Below, piece by piece: positions 45,972 through 56,973 of a stretch of DNA of 64,000 nucleotides (positions within the stretch are counted from its first letter, which is position 1; each line of letters opens with the position of its first letter). The position numbers and the translations under genes are program-made. This DNA is from Anaerolineae bacterium (lineage in GTDB: Bacteria; Chloroflexota; Anaerolineae; Aggregatilineales; Phototrophicaceae). The stretch lies in contig JAXLWE010000033.1 in the NCBI GenBank assembly GCA_046328655.1, positions 502 through 64,501 on the forward strand, read 5' to 3'. The notes under the pieces are model-generated. The model was not told the origin of the DNA, ran no database searches, and saw only the letters and a list, made by a program, of their open reading frames with translations.

Positions 45972-47719
45972 TTATCCCTTTTCCACGCCGCCCACAGGAT
46001 GCCCAGCCGCACTAGCGCGCCGAGCGCCGCCCATTGCGGATCGGCGCGTAATGCTCGACGCTGCGGTCGTACACCGTCACGCTGTCGAGCAGGAAGCCGT
46101 CGTCGGTCATCCAGTTCGACCGTGTGCGTCTCCGCCGCCATCAGATCGTGGATCGTCACCTCCGTCAAGTCGCCTGCGTCGGTGATGCGCGACAGGATCG
46201 GCAGATTGAGCGCCTGCGACGTGCCCCAGTCCGCGCCGTCAATTCGGATGCGCAGCGTGTCGCTCAGCCCGCCGATCCAGCGGATGCGCGCGTATGTCCC
46301 GTGAAACGTGAAGCGGGCGGTCGTGGTGCGCAGCGCGTTGTCGGGCGCTGCGCGCCGGATGCGCTCACGACCTCGGCGTCGTCGTCGCGCTGGATCGCCC
46401 AGTCGTCGCCCTGATGCACGCCTGCGTACAGCGTCGGCGTCTGGCTGGCGATGTACTGCTTCATGCTGTCGTAGACCGGCAGCGGTGTGAAATCCGGCTC
46501 GACCATGCGGAAATAGTAATACGGCTGATTTTTGTCAGCATCGTCGGCGCGCTTGAAGAACCAATGGTTATTCACGCCGACCCAGGGCATCTCCTCCTGC
46601 GCGCGCTGGTATGCCAGCGGCAGCGCGCTCGCCACCGCCTGCTCTTGCGTGACTCCGCCGAACATCAGCCGGTTCGGCATGTCCAGTACGTCCGGCGCGT
46701 CGACCGGATTCGCCGCCTCGCTGATCCAGATCGGCTTGGCGGCGTCGTATTCAGCGACCATCACGTCGCGCACGTAGATCGGGCGGGCGAAGGTCAGCGT
46801 CAGCGGGCGCAGGCGCTGGTCGGTCGGACCGCTGAAGAAGCCGTAGCCCTGCGCCGACATGCGTCGAAGCAGTCCTTCGCTCCGGCGTCGTACATGCGCT
46901 GCAAAAAGATGAACTCGTTAGATCGCGCCGTCAGTGAGATGGTCGGCGACGGCGCCGCGCTGATCACGACGTTGGTTGGGTCGACCGCCTTCAGGCGCGC
47001 CATACGCCCGGCACAAAACCACCGGCTGTAGCCTTCGAGGTCGACGGTTCTCGCCCATTCCGGGTAGATGTTCGGCTCGTTCCAGATTTGGTAGTGATGG
47101 ATACGCCCCTGATAGCGCTCGGCGAAGGTCGTCACGAAGGCGATGTAGTCGTCCCAGTTATCCGGCGGCGCAAAGCCGGTCGCGTCCTCGTAGCTGCGCG
47201 ACCAGTCCGGCGGCTTGTCGATGCGCGCCTGAATTTCCAGCCCGTACTGCTCCGCCAGATCGACGATCTGATCGTATTTCGCCCAGGCGTCGACGCCCGC
47301 CGGGTCGTTGCGCCGGTCGATAGTCGCCCCGCGCGTGGATTTCGATATCCCTGCCAGGGATTTCCTGCCGGAGCCAGTGGAAGCCCGCCTCGGCGATCAT
47401 TGCACCTTTGCGCTTGGCGGGTTCGACTTCCTGCTCCAGAAACGTGTTGATGCCATAGGGGTTGACGCCCGCGTGCTGGATCGCCACGTCCGGCGCGGTG
47501 TCCGGCTGCGCGCGCGTCGCGTTGCCCAACCATTCGACCATGCCGCAGATCTGCGCCAGCGGCGCCGCTTTACTCGCCCGTCAGCGACCACATCGTGCGC
47601 CACGCCAGCCCGTAATTCGCCAGATCGAGCGCCAGCAGCGCCGCGCCCGCCAGCACGATCACAGCAGCCGCGATCACCAGGCTGCGCCGCGAAGGAGACT
47701 GCTTCTGTTGTCGTGTCAT
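45972..47719 (-). CDS. Membrane-anchored clan GH-A glycoside hydrolase; multiple frameshifts; 3' end approximate
   Basis: N-terminal TM; GINTFLEQE, AGFHWLRQE, YQIWNEPN (acid/base), KPIWISE (nucleophile). Confidence 0.8.
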
Positions 47720-47781
47720 GCGCCGGATTATAGCCGGGTTCGGCAGCGCAGCAATCAACGCCCGCCCGACGGTGTTTGCAA

Positions 47782-47867
47782 ACCTCACTCCTCAATCCTC
47801 TCCACAACATGGAGAGGGGAGGCTAAAGAGCAAACCGGAGGTTTTGCCCGCAGCGAAATGAGTCAGG
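47782..47867. repeat. Degenerate family B repeat copy
   Basis: ACCTCACTCC...CCTCTCCACAACATGGAGAGGGG...GCAAACCGGAGGTTTTGC. Confidence 0.7.
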
Positions 47868-48334
47868 AATCGAACGCTGGCGCGGTCGTTGGCATCGCCG
47901 CCACGTAGCGGGTGAGCTGCTCCAGCTCGGCTTTGTAAAGGTCGCCGGGTCACGCCCGGCTTGACCAGGCGCTCCATGAACCCGGCGAACCCGGCGCTAG
48001 CCGAAATCGCTGGCGATGGTCACGCGCGTGCGCCGCATAGCGGCTCAAGGATGAACTTTGTCACCTGCTGGGTCTCGGTGTCGGTTTCGACCAGCACCCG
48101 CCCCGGCTCCGGCTCGGTGACGACCAGATGGAAGGGATAGCTCGTCCCGTAGACGCGCACCGCGCCGCTGACGACGGTTCCCGCGCCCACGCCGCCCTGT
48201 TCGACGGTGAGGTCGCCGAAATATGGCTTCGGCAGAATCGCCGGGTGCGAGTTACGATAGTCGGCAAAAATCCCGTAGATTATGTCCGGTGGCGCTTCGA
48301 TCTCCGCCGCGTATTCGGCGTGCAGCATGTTCAT
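47863..48334 (-). CDS. SRPBCC/polyketide-cyclase family protein; frameshifted near the 3' end
   Basis: IEAPPDIIYGIFADY...HPAILP...GGVGAGT...EPEPGRVLVE; AAGGAAGG RBS. Confidence 0.8.
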
Positions 48335-48379
48335 CTCAGCCTTCCTTTTCGCCCATTCGGGCGGCTCGTGATTCGCGTT

Positions 48380-48395
48380 CGTGAACATATTCACA
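48380..48395. promoter_or_regulatory. Near-consensus CRP-type box in divergent intergenic region
   Basis: CGTGA ACATAT TCACA (one mismatch to TGTGA-N6-TCACA). Confidence 0.4.
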
Positions 48396-48541
48396 TTATC
48401 GGATCTTGCTCGGAATAATTCTTCATCCACGTGATGAGATCACCGCCTGTACGGAAGATCAGGTCGTGCTGGCAGATCGTTGGAGACGGTCATCATATGG
48501 CGTATAATCCTGTGCACCGGCAGGATTCAGGAGCAGGTGGG

Positions 48542-48934
48542 ATGGTTGCCAAGGATAACGACACGCTGAACGACAAGGCGGAACAGGTTGCCGAAGACGC
48601 GACCAAGACGGTCGCCGAGCTGGGGCGTGAGCTGCATCATCACGCCGACAACGTGAAGTCGGACATGGTCAAGACGCTGTACGAAGCCGCCAAGACGCTG
48701 CGCAAGGAATCGCGCGAGGCGGGCGCTGGCGAAGAGGTGCAAGAGCGCCTCGACGACGTGGCGACGGGCTTCGAGAAGGCGGCGGGCTATCTCAAGCGTA
48801 ATTCCTACAGCGACATCGGCGAGGACGCCGTGCGCACCGCCAAGAACAACCCGATGCAGACGATGGCGCTGATCTTCATCATCGGCGTGGTCATCGGGCT
48901 GCTGCTGCGCGGCAATCGCTCCGGCGAGCGCTGA
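48542..48934 (+). CDS. DUF883/ElaB-YqjD-like tail-anchored protein
   Basis: Helical hydrophilic body; C-terminal NP...ALIFIIGVVIGLLLR anchor. Confidence 0.7.
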   Translation: MVAKDNDTLNDKAEQVAEDATKTVAELGRELHHHADNVKSDMVKTLYEAAKTLRKESREAGAGEEVQERLDDVATGFEKAAGYLKRNSYSDIGEDAVRTAKNNPMQTMALIFIIGVVIGLLLRGNRSGER

Positions 48935-48992
48935 GCAGGTGCGGGAATGATTGGCTCGCGTTTCGCCAACATTTGCTGACGAGGTTACAATG

Positions 48993-49019
48993 GAAAGCCG
49001 GGCGACAAGCCCGGTTTTC
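48993..49019 (+). terminator. Terminator-like hairpin upstream of the EthD-xpt genes
   Basis: GAAAGCCGGGC-gaca-AGCCCGGTTTTC. Confidence 0.55.
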
Positions 49020-49041
49020 TCTTCACGCTCTGGAATGCCCG

Positions 49042-49374
49042 ATGGTCAAATTCGTCATCCTGTTTCACAAGCCGGACGACCTCGATCAGTTCGAGAACAG
49101 CTACAATCACTTTCTCATGCTGATCGAAACCATGCCGCTCGTCAAGCGGCGGCAGGTCAACAGCGTCCTCGGCAGCCCGCTCGGCGCGACCGACCTCTAT
49201 CGTTCGCTGGAGGTTTATTTCGACGATTACGCCGAGCTGGATCAGGCGCTGAAGTCCCCGGCGGGGCAGGAGGCGGGCGGCGAGCTTGTCCGCCGCTTCC
49301 CATCGACCGCGTTCCAGATGTATTTCGCCGAGGTATATGAAGAGGCAGGCGCACATACGGAGGTGAGCACCTAG
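49042..49374 (+). CDS. EthD family protein
   Basis: VKFVILFHKPDD...FE..Y...MP.V...EVYFDD...AL.SPAGQ. Confidence 0.8.
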   Translation: MVKFVILFHKPDDLDQFENSYNHFLMLIETMPLVKRRQVNSVLGSPLGATDLYRSLEVYFDDYAELDQALKSPAGQEAGGELVRRFPSTAFQMYFAEVYEEAGAHTEVST

Positions 49375-49953
49375 ATGGAAGCCCTGAAACAGCGTATTCT
49401 TGCCGAGGGGCGCAACCTGGGCAGCGGGATTCTCAAGATTGACAGTATTCTCAACCACCAGATTTACCCTGATCTGATGCAGGAGATGGGCGAGGAGCTG
49501 GCGGAGCGTTTCGAGGGGATGAAGATCGACCGCATCCTCACGGCGGAAATCTCCGGCATCGCGCCTGCGCTCATGACGGCGGCGGCGCTCGGCGTGCCGG
49601 TCGTCTATGCCCGCAAGACCAAGCCGATCACCATGTTCGGTCCGGTGCTGCTCGAAACCGCGCCCAGCCACACCAAAGGCGTCGAGGTCAATCTGCTGGT
49701 GTCGGCGGAGTTCATGCCGCCCAATCAGGACGTGCTGATCATCGACGACTTTCTGGCGACGGGCAAGACGCTGCGCGCGCTGGTGCGCATCGTCGAGGGG
49801 GCGCAGTCGCGGGTGGTCGGCGTCGGCGTGGTGGTCGAAAAGACCTTTGAGGGCGGGCGCAGCTACATGCGCGAAAAGGGCTATACTATGCCTATCGAAG
49901 CGCTCGCCGTGATCACCAATATGGACGACGGCAAGATCATCTTCGCGGAGTAA
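49375..49953 (+). CDS. xpt: Xanthine phosphoribosyltransferase
   Basis: ILKIDSILNHQ, ILTAEISGI, VLIIDDFLATG PRPP loop, VEKTFEGG. Confidence 0.93.
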   Translation: MEALKQRILAEGRNLGSGILKIDSILNHQIYPDLMQEMGEELAERFEGMKIDRILTAEISGIAPALMTAAALGVPVVYARKTKPITMFGPVLLETAPSHTKGVEVNLLVSAEFMPPNQDVLIIDDFLATGKTLRALVRIVEGAQSRVVGVGVVVEKTFEGGRSYMREKGYTMPIEALAVITNMDDGKIIFAE

Positions 49954-49998
49954 TGCCGATGCGCCGGGCTGTATCTCACAGGTTTTGATCAATGCACC

Positions 49999-50026
49999 GT
50001 AGGGGCGTTCAATTGAACGCCCCTAC
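49999..50026. repeat. GTAG-type REP (family A), perfect 28-bp palindrome
   Basis: GTAGGGGCGTTCAATTGAACGCCCCTAC. Confidence 0.9.
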
Positions 50027-50095
50027 GCTTAGAACGATGCGCCGGAAGCCCATATCTGTCCGTCCTCGTCCCTTCATTCGTCAACAGGAGACGAC

Positions 50096-51700
50096 GTGAT
50101 GCAATCTGAACCCCAGTCCTCAGTCCTCACCACCACTCCGTCCTCCGATCTGCGCAGCGGCGGTATCGCCATCCTCGACTTCGGCTCGCAGTACACCCAG
50201 TTGATCGCCCGGCGCGTGCGCGAGCAGGGCGTCTATGCTGAGGTGTTCCCGTGCGACGCCAACGCCGATAAGGTGAACGTACATCAGCCACAGGGCTACA
50301 TCCTCTCCGGCGGACCGAACAGCATCTACGAGGACGACGCACCGCAAATGCCCGACTACATCCTCGAAAGCGGGCTGCCGGTGCTGGGCATCTGCTATGG
50401 GATGCAGGCGATCACGCACGCGCTCCGGGGCGTAGTCGCCGGATCGCAGCAGAAGGAATTCGGCTTCGCGCAGATCACGCACACGCACGGCAGCAACCCG
50501 CTGTTTCGCGGCATTCCCGACCAGATCGACGTGTGGATGTCGCATGGCGACCGCATCGAGCGCCCGCCGGACGGCTTCGTGCCGCTGGCGCGCTCGGTGA
50601 ACTCGCCGTTGGCGGCGATGGGCGATTTGGATCGCAACCTGTACGGCGTCCAGTTCCACCCGGAGGTCAAGCACACGCCGCAGGGTGCGCAGATTTTGCG
50701 CAACTTCGTCTACGACATCTGCCACTGCGAGGCGAAATGGTCGGCGCTGGCATTCATCGAAGATTCGATCCGCTCCCTGCGCGAGCGCGTCGGGCACGAG
50801 CGCGTGCTGCTCGCGCTCAGCGGCGGCGTCGATTCGGCGGTGGCGGGCGCGCTGCTCCACCGCGCTATCGGCGATCAACTGGTGTCGGTGTTCGTCAACA
50901 CCGGGCTGCTGCGCCGCGACGAAGCCGACCAGGTGGTGCGCGTTTTCCGCGATGAGCAGCGCATGAACCTGATCGCCGTCGACGCGACCGAGGACTTCCT
51001 CGAAGCGCTCAACGGCGTCACCGAGCCGGAACTCAAGCGCAAGCGCATCGGCAGGCTGTTCATCCGCACGTTTGCGACGCAGGCGCGCCAGCTCGCCGCC
51101 GACGGCGTGCGCTTTCTGGCGCAGGGCACGATTTACCCCGACGTGATCGAAAGCGCCGCCAGCAGCAAGAAAAGCCACGTGATCAAGAGCCATCACAACG
51201 TCGGCGGGCTGCCGCACGATCTCCAGTTCGAACTGGTCGAGCCGCTGCGCGATCTGTTCAAGGACGAGGTGCGCGCCGTCGGCACGAATCTCGGCTTGCC
51301 GGACGCGATTGTCTGGCGGCAGCCGTTCCCCGGTCCCGGCTTGGCGGTGCGCTGCCTGGGTGAAATCACCTGGGAGCGGCTGGAAACGCTGCGCGGCGCG
51401 GATGCCATCTTCCGCGAGGAGCTGGAGCGGGAAGGGATGCTCCGCAATGGAACGGCGCAGGCGTTTGCCGTGCTGCTGCCGGTCAAGAGCGTCGGCGTGA
51501 TGGGCGACGCCCGTACCTATGAGGAAGTGATCGCCCTGCGCGCCGTGACGACCGACGACTTCATGACGGCAGACTGGGCGCGCCTGCCTTGCAGGTGCTC
51601 GCCCGCGCCAGCAGCCGCATTGTCAACGAGGTGCGCGGCGTCAACCGCGTCGTCTACGACGTGACCAACCGAAGCCGCCCGACACAATCGAGTAGAATAA
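50096..51700 (+). CDS. guaA: GMP synthase (glutamine-hydrolysing); frameshifts in the last ~100 nt
   Basis: [50 protein letters not shown]; VNRVVYDVT in a shifted frame. Confidence 0.96.
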
Positions 51701-51783
51701 GGGCTTGAACCGCCAAGAGAAGTGTATGCTGCGGCTCTTACATGGTTAGATGGTTGGCGATTATGTCTTCGTGGCAGGTAATT

Positions 51784-51810
51784 TAGGGGCACGACATGTC
51801 GTGCCCCTAC
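51784..51810. repeat. GTAG-type REP (family A), same core as the 19988 copy
   Basis: TAGGGGCACGACATGTCGTGCCCCTAC. Confidence 0.9.
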
Positions 51811-51946
51811 TTCGTGAAACCACTCCTGGCGGTTAATCTTTCCCTCAATTTCCGCGAACGGGCAATTCTTACTACCCCACATGAAAACTGGTTATAATAG
51901 TCCATGCACTCCTGAATAAGCGGTTACAACGGCATACGGGGGACTA

Positions 51947-52825
51947 ATGGCATTCAGTTTGGATTTCAGCCAGTCGGCGAGCCATTCGCCCAGAGAGCGT
52001 TCGCGCGGCAGGCTGCTGGCGCTGCCCGCCGTTCTCTGGCTCGTGCTATTCTTTCTGCTGCCGCTGGCGATTGTGCTGCTCGTCAGCTTCATGACGCGCG
52101 GTCCCAACGGGACGATTGTGCTGCCGCTCACGCTCGAACACTACCAGCGCATCTTCGGTCCGATCTACTTCCCGCTTTTCTGGCGGTCGATCATCATCGC
52201 GCTGCTGACGACCGGCGTGTGTCTGATAGCTGGCTATCCGCTGGCATTTTTCATCAGCACGCGCAAGAGTAAGGGCGCGCAGAACTTCGCTCTCTTTCTG
52301 GTCATTCTGCCGTTCTGGACGAACTTCCTCGTGCGCACCTATGCCTGGCGCGTGCTGCTTGGCACGGAAGGCACGATCAACGAGACGCTGATGAACCTGC
52401 ACCTGATCAGCGAGCCGCTGCAACTGCTCAACACCCAGTTCGCCGTGCTGGTCGGCTTGATCTACGGCGAGCTGCCGTTCATGATTCTGCCGATCTTCAC
52501 GTCGGTCGAGCGCTTCGACTTCCGGCTGGTCGAGGCGGCGCACGACCTCGGCGCGAATGACCTGCGCGCCTTCCTGCGCGTCGTGTTCCCGCTGACGCTG
52601 CCGGGGGTGGTCGCCGGGTGTATTCTGGTGTTCATCCCATCAATTGGCGCGTTCATCACGCCCGACCTGCTCGGCGGCACGCAGGGCATCATGATCGGCA
52701 ACCTCATCAACCAGCAGTTTAAAGGGAGCGGCAACTGGCCCCTCGGCTCGGCGGCTTCGGTGGTGATGATGGGCTTGGTCATGATTGGGCTGCTGGTCTA
52801 CTCGCGCCTGGGGAATCGGGGGTAA
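51947..52825 (+). CDS. potB: Spermidine/putrescine ABC transporter permease
   Basis: LPFWTNFLVRTYAW, EAAHDLGA, ITPDLLGG, NWPLGSA. Confidence 0.88.
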   Translation: MAFSLDFSQSASHSPRERSRGRLLALPAVLWLVLFFLLPLAIVLLVSFMTRGPNGTIVLPLTLEHYQRIFGPIYFPLFWRSIIIALLTTGVCLIAGYPLAFFISTRKSKGAQNFALFLVILPFWTNFLVRTYAWRVLLGTEGTINETLMNLHLISEPLQLLNTQFAVLVGLIYGELPFMILPIFTSVERFDFRLVEAAHDLGANDLRAFLRVVFPLTLPGVVAGCILVFIPSIGAFITPDLLGGTQGIMIGNLINQQFKGSGNWPLGSAASVVMMGLVMIGLLVYSRLGNRG

Positions 52826-52828
52826 ATC

Positions 52829-53755
52829 ATGGCGAACACCACCGTTCCATCCCACGCCGCGCGTGCCGCAATCCGTATCGACCATAGCAAGATTCGCCGC
52901 GACATGTTCGTGCGGCGGCTCGGCAAAGTCGGGCTGTGGATCGAGCCGGTGTTTGGCTATTTCTTTCTGTGGGCGCCGATCCTGCTGCTGGTGATCTTCT
53001 CGTTCAACGACTCGCGCTCGGTCGCGCAGTGGCATGGGTTCACGTTCCAGTGGTATCACAACATCTTTAACAATCTTGTCGGAGGTGATCCGCGCTTCTC
53101 GACCGCGCTGATGCTCTCTTCGCTCGGCAACAGCCTGCTGGTCGCGTTTGTGGCGACGACCATCGCCACGACAATTGGCACGATGGTCGCGCTCAGTCTG
53201 GTGCGCGGCAACTATCCCGGCAAGAACATCATCGACAACCTGCTGTTTCTGCCGGTCGTCATCCCCGAAATCACCCAGGCGATTTCACTACTGATCTTCT
53301 TCAGCGTGGTGTTCGATTTCGCCCAGCGCACGGCGGGGATTCAGGCGCTGCCCGGTTTCGGCACGATCATCATCGGGCACGTCGCCTTTAACATCTCCTA
53401 CGTGGCGATTGTCGTGCGCGCTCGCCTCGCCGATATGAACCCGCGCTACGAGGAAGCGGCGCGCGACCTGGGCGCGAACAGTGGCGCACCTTCTGGCGCA
53501 TCCGCCTTCACGTTGATCGTTCCCGGTATTCTCTCTGAGGCTGCTGGCGTTCACGCTCTCGCTCGACGATTTTGTGATCACGTTCTTCAACGCGGGTCCC
53601 GGCACGACCACGCTGCCGGTGTTCGTTTACGGATTCACTCAAACTGACGGTCACGCCCGAAATCAACGCGATTTCGACGCTGATTACTGGTTTCGACCGT
53701 GCTGATCGGCATCTCGATTGCGATGCAGGGGCGTAATGCGACTGCTGCTGCTTAA
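52829..53755 (+). CDS. potC: Spermidine/putrescine ABC transporter permease; frameshifted near the 3' end
   Basis: IFSFN, FTFQWY, IPEI, EEAARDLGA, SLDDFVIT, TPEINA. Confidence 0.85.
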
Positions 53756-53835
53756 TCATTGACGTTAGTGCGCGAAATGATCTATAACATCCGCGCGGTT
53801 TTTGGCGAGCTTAACAGGGACGAATGGGAGGAACG

Positions 53836-54929
53836 ATGCGTAAGTTGATCTTGTTGATTGGTATCCTGGTGCTGGCTTTCCCGGTCTACGCGCAAGACGC
53901 TACGCCCGAAGCGACGGCGATGGAACCCTGGACGTGCCCCGATGGATTCCAGGGGCAGACGCTGAACGTCTTCAACTGGACGACTTATATCGCTGACGCG
54001 CTTACCATCCCGGATTTTGAGGCAGCGTACGGCGTGTCGATTGTTTACGGCACCTACAACAACAAAGAAGCGCTGCTAACGTCTGCGCAGCAGCAACTGG
54101 CTACGACATCGTCGTGCAAACCAACCGCATGGTCGCCACCATGATTAACCTCGGCTTGCTGGAGCCGCTGGACATGGCGAGCGCATCCTAATTTCGCCAA
54201 CGTCAGCGAAGACCTCAAGAACCCCAGCTACGACCCCGGCAACTCTACAGCGTGCCTTATCGGTGGGGCACGATTGGCGTCGCTTCGACTGTATCGACAA
54301 GGTCGGCGGCGAAATCACCAGTTGGGATCAGGTCTTTGGCTATAACGGTCCGGTCGCGTGGCTGGACGACCCGCGCGCGATGATCGGCATCGCCCTGCAA
54401 AATCCTCGGCTACGACCCGAATACGTCCGATCCAGATCAGGTCAGCGAAGCGCGCGACTTCCTGATCAACAACGGCGGCAACGTCGTCTCCATCGCGGGC
54501 GACGACGGTCAGGCGCAACAGGCGCGGCGACGTGGGACATCACCGTCGAGTATATGGGCGACATTTACCAGGTGGCGGCGGACTGCGGCTGTGACAATAT
54601 CAAGTTCGCGCTTCCCGAAGAGGGCGGCAACATCTGGGTCGATAACCTCGCCATCCCGACGGGCGCGCCCAACAAGCCGCTCGCGAGGTTTTCCGTCAAC
54701 TACATTCTCGACCCGCAGGTCGGCACGGACATCAACAACTACACCGCCTACGCCAGCCCAGATCAGGCGGCAATCGACGCCGGGTTGATCGATCCGCATA
54801 CCTCGACAGCCCGATCATCTACCCGCCGGCGAAAGCCGTCACAACCTGTTCTACATTCTGCCGCTGCCGGATGCCGAGCAGTACTACAACGATGCCTGGG
54901 ACGAGATCAAGATTTCGCTGGGGCGGTAG
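53836..54929 (+). CDS. potD: Spermidine/putrescine ABC transporter substrate-binding protein; frameshifted
   Basis: Signal peptide, LNVFNWTTYI, YDPGN, PY.WG, PEEGGNIWVDNLAIP, NYILDP. Confidence 0.82.
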
Positions 54930-54956
54930 CGCCGTTCATCACGAAGACTCTACATG

Positions 54957-54982
54957 GTAGGGGCGCAGCGCGCTGCGCCTAC
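54957..54982. repeat. GTAG-type REP (family A) between potD and potA
   Basis: GTAGGGGCGCAGCGCGCTGCGCCTAC. Confidence 0.85.
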
Positions 54983-55002
54983 GCCTGGTCGAAGGTGAGC
55001 GT

Positions 55003-56137
55003 ATGGCACAGGTCGGCATCGAACTCAAGAACGTCATCAAGGAATTCCCGGCGCGCAGCGGCGAAGTGACCGTCCGCGCGGTCGATGATGTCTCGCTGCA
55101 AATCTGGGGGGCAGATTTTTCGCCCTGCTCGGTCCCAGTGGCTGCGGCAAGACGACCACCCTGCGCATGATCGCCGGGTTCGAGGAGCCGACTTCCGGCG
55201 AGATCATCATTCGCGGTCAGCCGGTGCAGGGCGTCCCGCCGTTTCATCGCCCGGTCAACACCGTGTTTCAGGACTACGCCCTCTTTCCGCACATGACGGT
55301 GCTGCAAAACGTCATGTTCGGGCTGGAGATGGAAGGCGTCCCGCGCGAACAGGCGCGCGAGCGGGCGGTGCAGTCGCTGGAGATGGTGCGCCTGACCCAG
55401 TTCGACCGCAAGCCGCGCCAGCTTTCCGGCGGGCAGCAGCAGCGCGTCGCTCTGGCGCGCGCGCTGGTCAAGCGCCCCGCCGTGCTGCTGCTGGACGAGC
55501 CGCTCGGCGCGCTCGACCTCAAGCTGCGCAAGGCGATGCAGTACGAACTGATGACCATGCAGGACGACCTCGGCATCACCTTCGTCTACGTCACCCACGA
55601 CCAGGAAGAAGCCCTGACCATGTGCGACCGCATCGCCGTCATGGATCACGGCAAGGCGCTGCAAGTGGGGAGACCGGAAGAAATCTACGAGACGCCGCAC
55701 TCGCGCTTCGTCGCCGACTTCATCGGCGAGACCAACTTCATCCCCGGCAAAGTCGAGTCCGTCGTCGGGAAGATCGCGCAGGTTCGCATCGACGATAATA
55801 CGTTGATCGAAGCCACGCCGGATCAAAGTGATCTGAAAATCAAGCGATGTCACCGTCGCCGTCCGCCCGGAAGGTCACGCTCATCCCCGAAGGCGGCTCA
55901 CTCGCGGACGCCCCCGGCACAATCGAGCACGAGACGCATAAGACCGCGATCCCAGGCGTGGTCTTTTTCGCCAATTACATCGGCACGGATACACGCTACA
56001 TCGTGCGCGTTGGCGAGCAGGTGGATGTCGTCGTCCGCGAGCAGAACTTTGGCACGCGCTTCGAGACGATTTTCAAGCCGGGGCAGCGCGTGACAGTCTA
56101 CTGGGCGAACGAGAATGCGCGCGTGCTGACGCAGTGA
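55003..56137 (+). CDS. potA: Spermidine/putrescine ABC transporter ATP-binding protein; frameshifted
   Basis: [50 protein letters not shown]-like C-terminus. Confidence 0.88.
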
Positions 56138-56970
56138 TCGTTCTCTCGCGTTATCAGATTAAGCCGCTCCTTCGGCTGCGCGGCGCGCAGTCGACTGCTT
56201 CTGTTTCCCCCGATCTCGGCTTGACGACCGTCGAAGTCGCGCTCGACGACGCGGGCGTGATATTTCCCGGCGGCGAGCGCCTCACCTGGGATGACGCCGC
56301 GCGCATCTTCGATGCCGAGACAAGCTGCTTTGCCCTCGAAGCGGGCGAAATCCGCAAGATTCAGGTGTTCTCGCAGACGACCAACCGGCACTGTTCGCTC
56401 ATGCCGACTTCCGGCGCGCCCACGCTGCTGATCGCCGGGTTTCCGATGCACCGCATCAAGAATACCGACCCGCACCGCGACACGCTCAGCAAGATCAAAG
56501 CCGCGCGCCCGGCAGGGCGAGGTGCTCGATACGTCGATGGGCTTGGGCCGGCGGTCAGGCGCGCGCGCACGTCAAATCACGTCGTGACGATTGAGCGGCA
56601 AACCCAGCGGTGGTCGAAATCGCCCGCCAGAACCCCTGGTCGCGCAGGTGTTCGCCAACCCGCGCATCGAGCAGCGCTTCCTGGGCGACAGCGCCGAATT
56701 GATCGAGACCTTCGCCGACAGATCGTTCTCCTGCATCATCCACGACCCGCCGACCATCCAGCTTGCCGGGGATTTGTACTCCGGCGTGTACTACCACGCG
56801 TTGTACCGCATCCTCAAGCGCGCGGGCGGCTGTTTCACTACATCGGCGACCTGGACAGCCCTTCGGTCAGCCGGATCGTGCGCAGCGGCGTAGTCGAGCG
56901 GCTGGGCGCGGCGGGCTTCCGCGACGTGAAGCGCCGCCCCGAAGCGTTCGGCGTCGTTGCGCAGAAATAA
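56134..56970 (+). CDS. SAM-dependent methyltransferase-like protein (COG2521/spermidine-synthase-like); frameshifted
   Basis: PTLLIAGFPMHRIK, VLDT..GLG, NPWS, LGDS, IIHDPP, LY...YY..LYRILK, LFHYIG; GTGA overlap with potA stop. Confidence 0.7.
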   Translation: MIVLSRYQIKPLLRLRGAQSTASVSPDLGLTTVEVALDDAGVIFPGGERLTWDDAARIFDAETSCFALEAGEIRKIQVFSQTTNRHCSLMPTSGAPTLLIAGFPMHRIKNTDPHRDTLSKIKAARPAGRGARYVDGLGPAVRRARTSNHVVTIERQTQRWSKSPARTPGRAGVRQPAHRAALPGRQRRIDRDLRRQIVLLHHPRPADHPACRGFVLRRVLPRVVPHPQARGRLFHYIGDLDSPSVSRIVRSGVVERLGAAGFRDVKRRPEAFGVVAQK

Positions 56971-56973
56971 CGC

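Noticed and set aside
51580-51705. Programmed frameshift in guaA, and GAGTAGAATAAGGGC matching the 19.9-kb direct repeat
   Set aside because: Lies in an error-rich block; the text fits a corrupted KPPATIEWE-stop ending, so the match is probably coincidental
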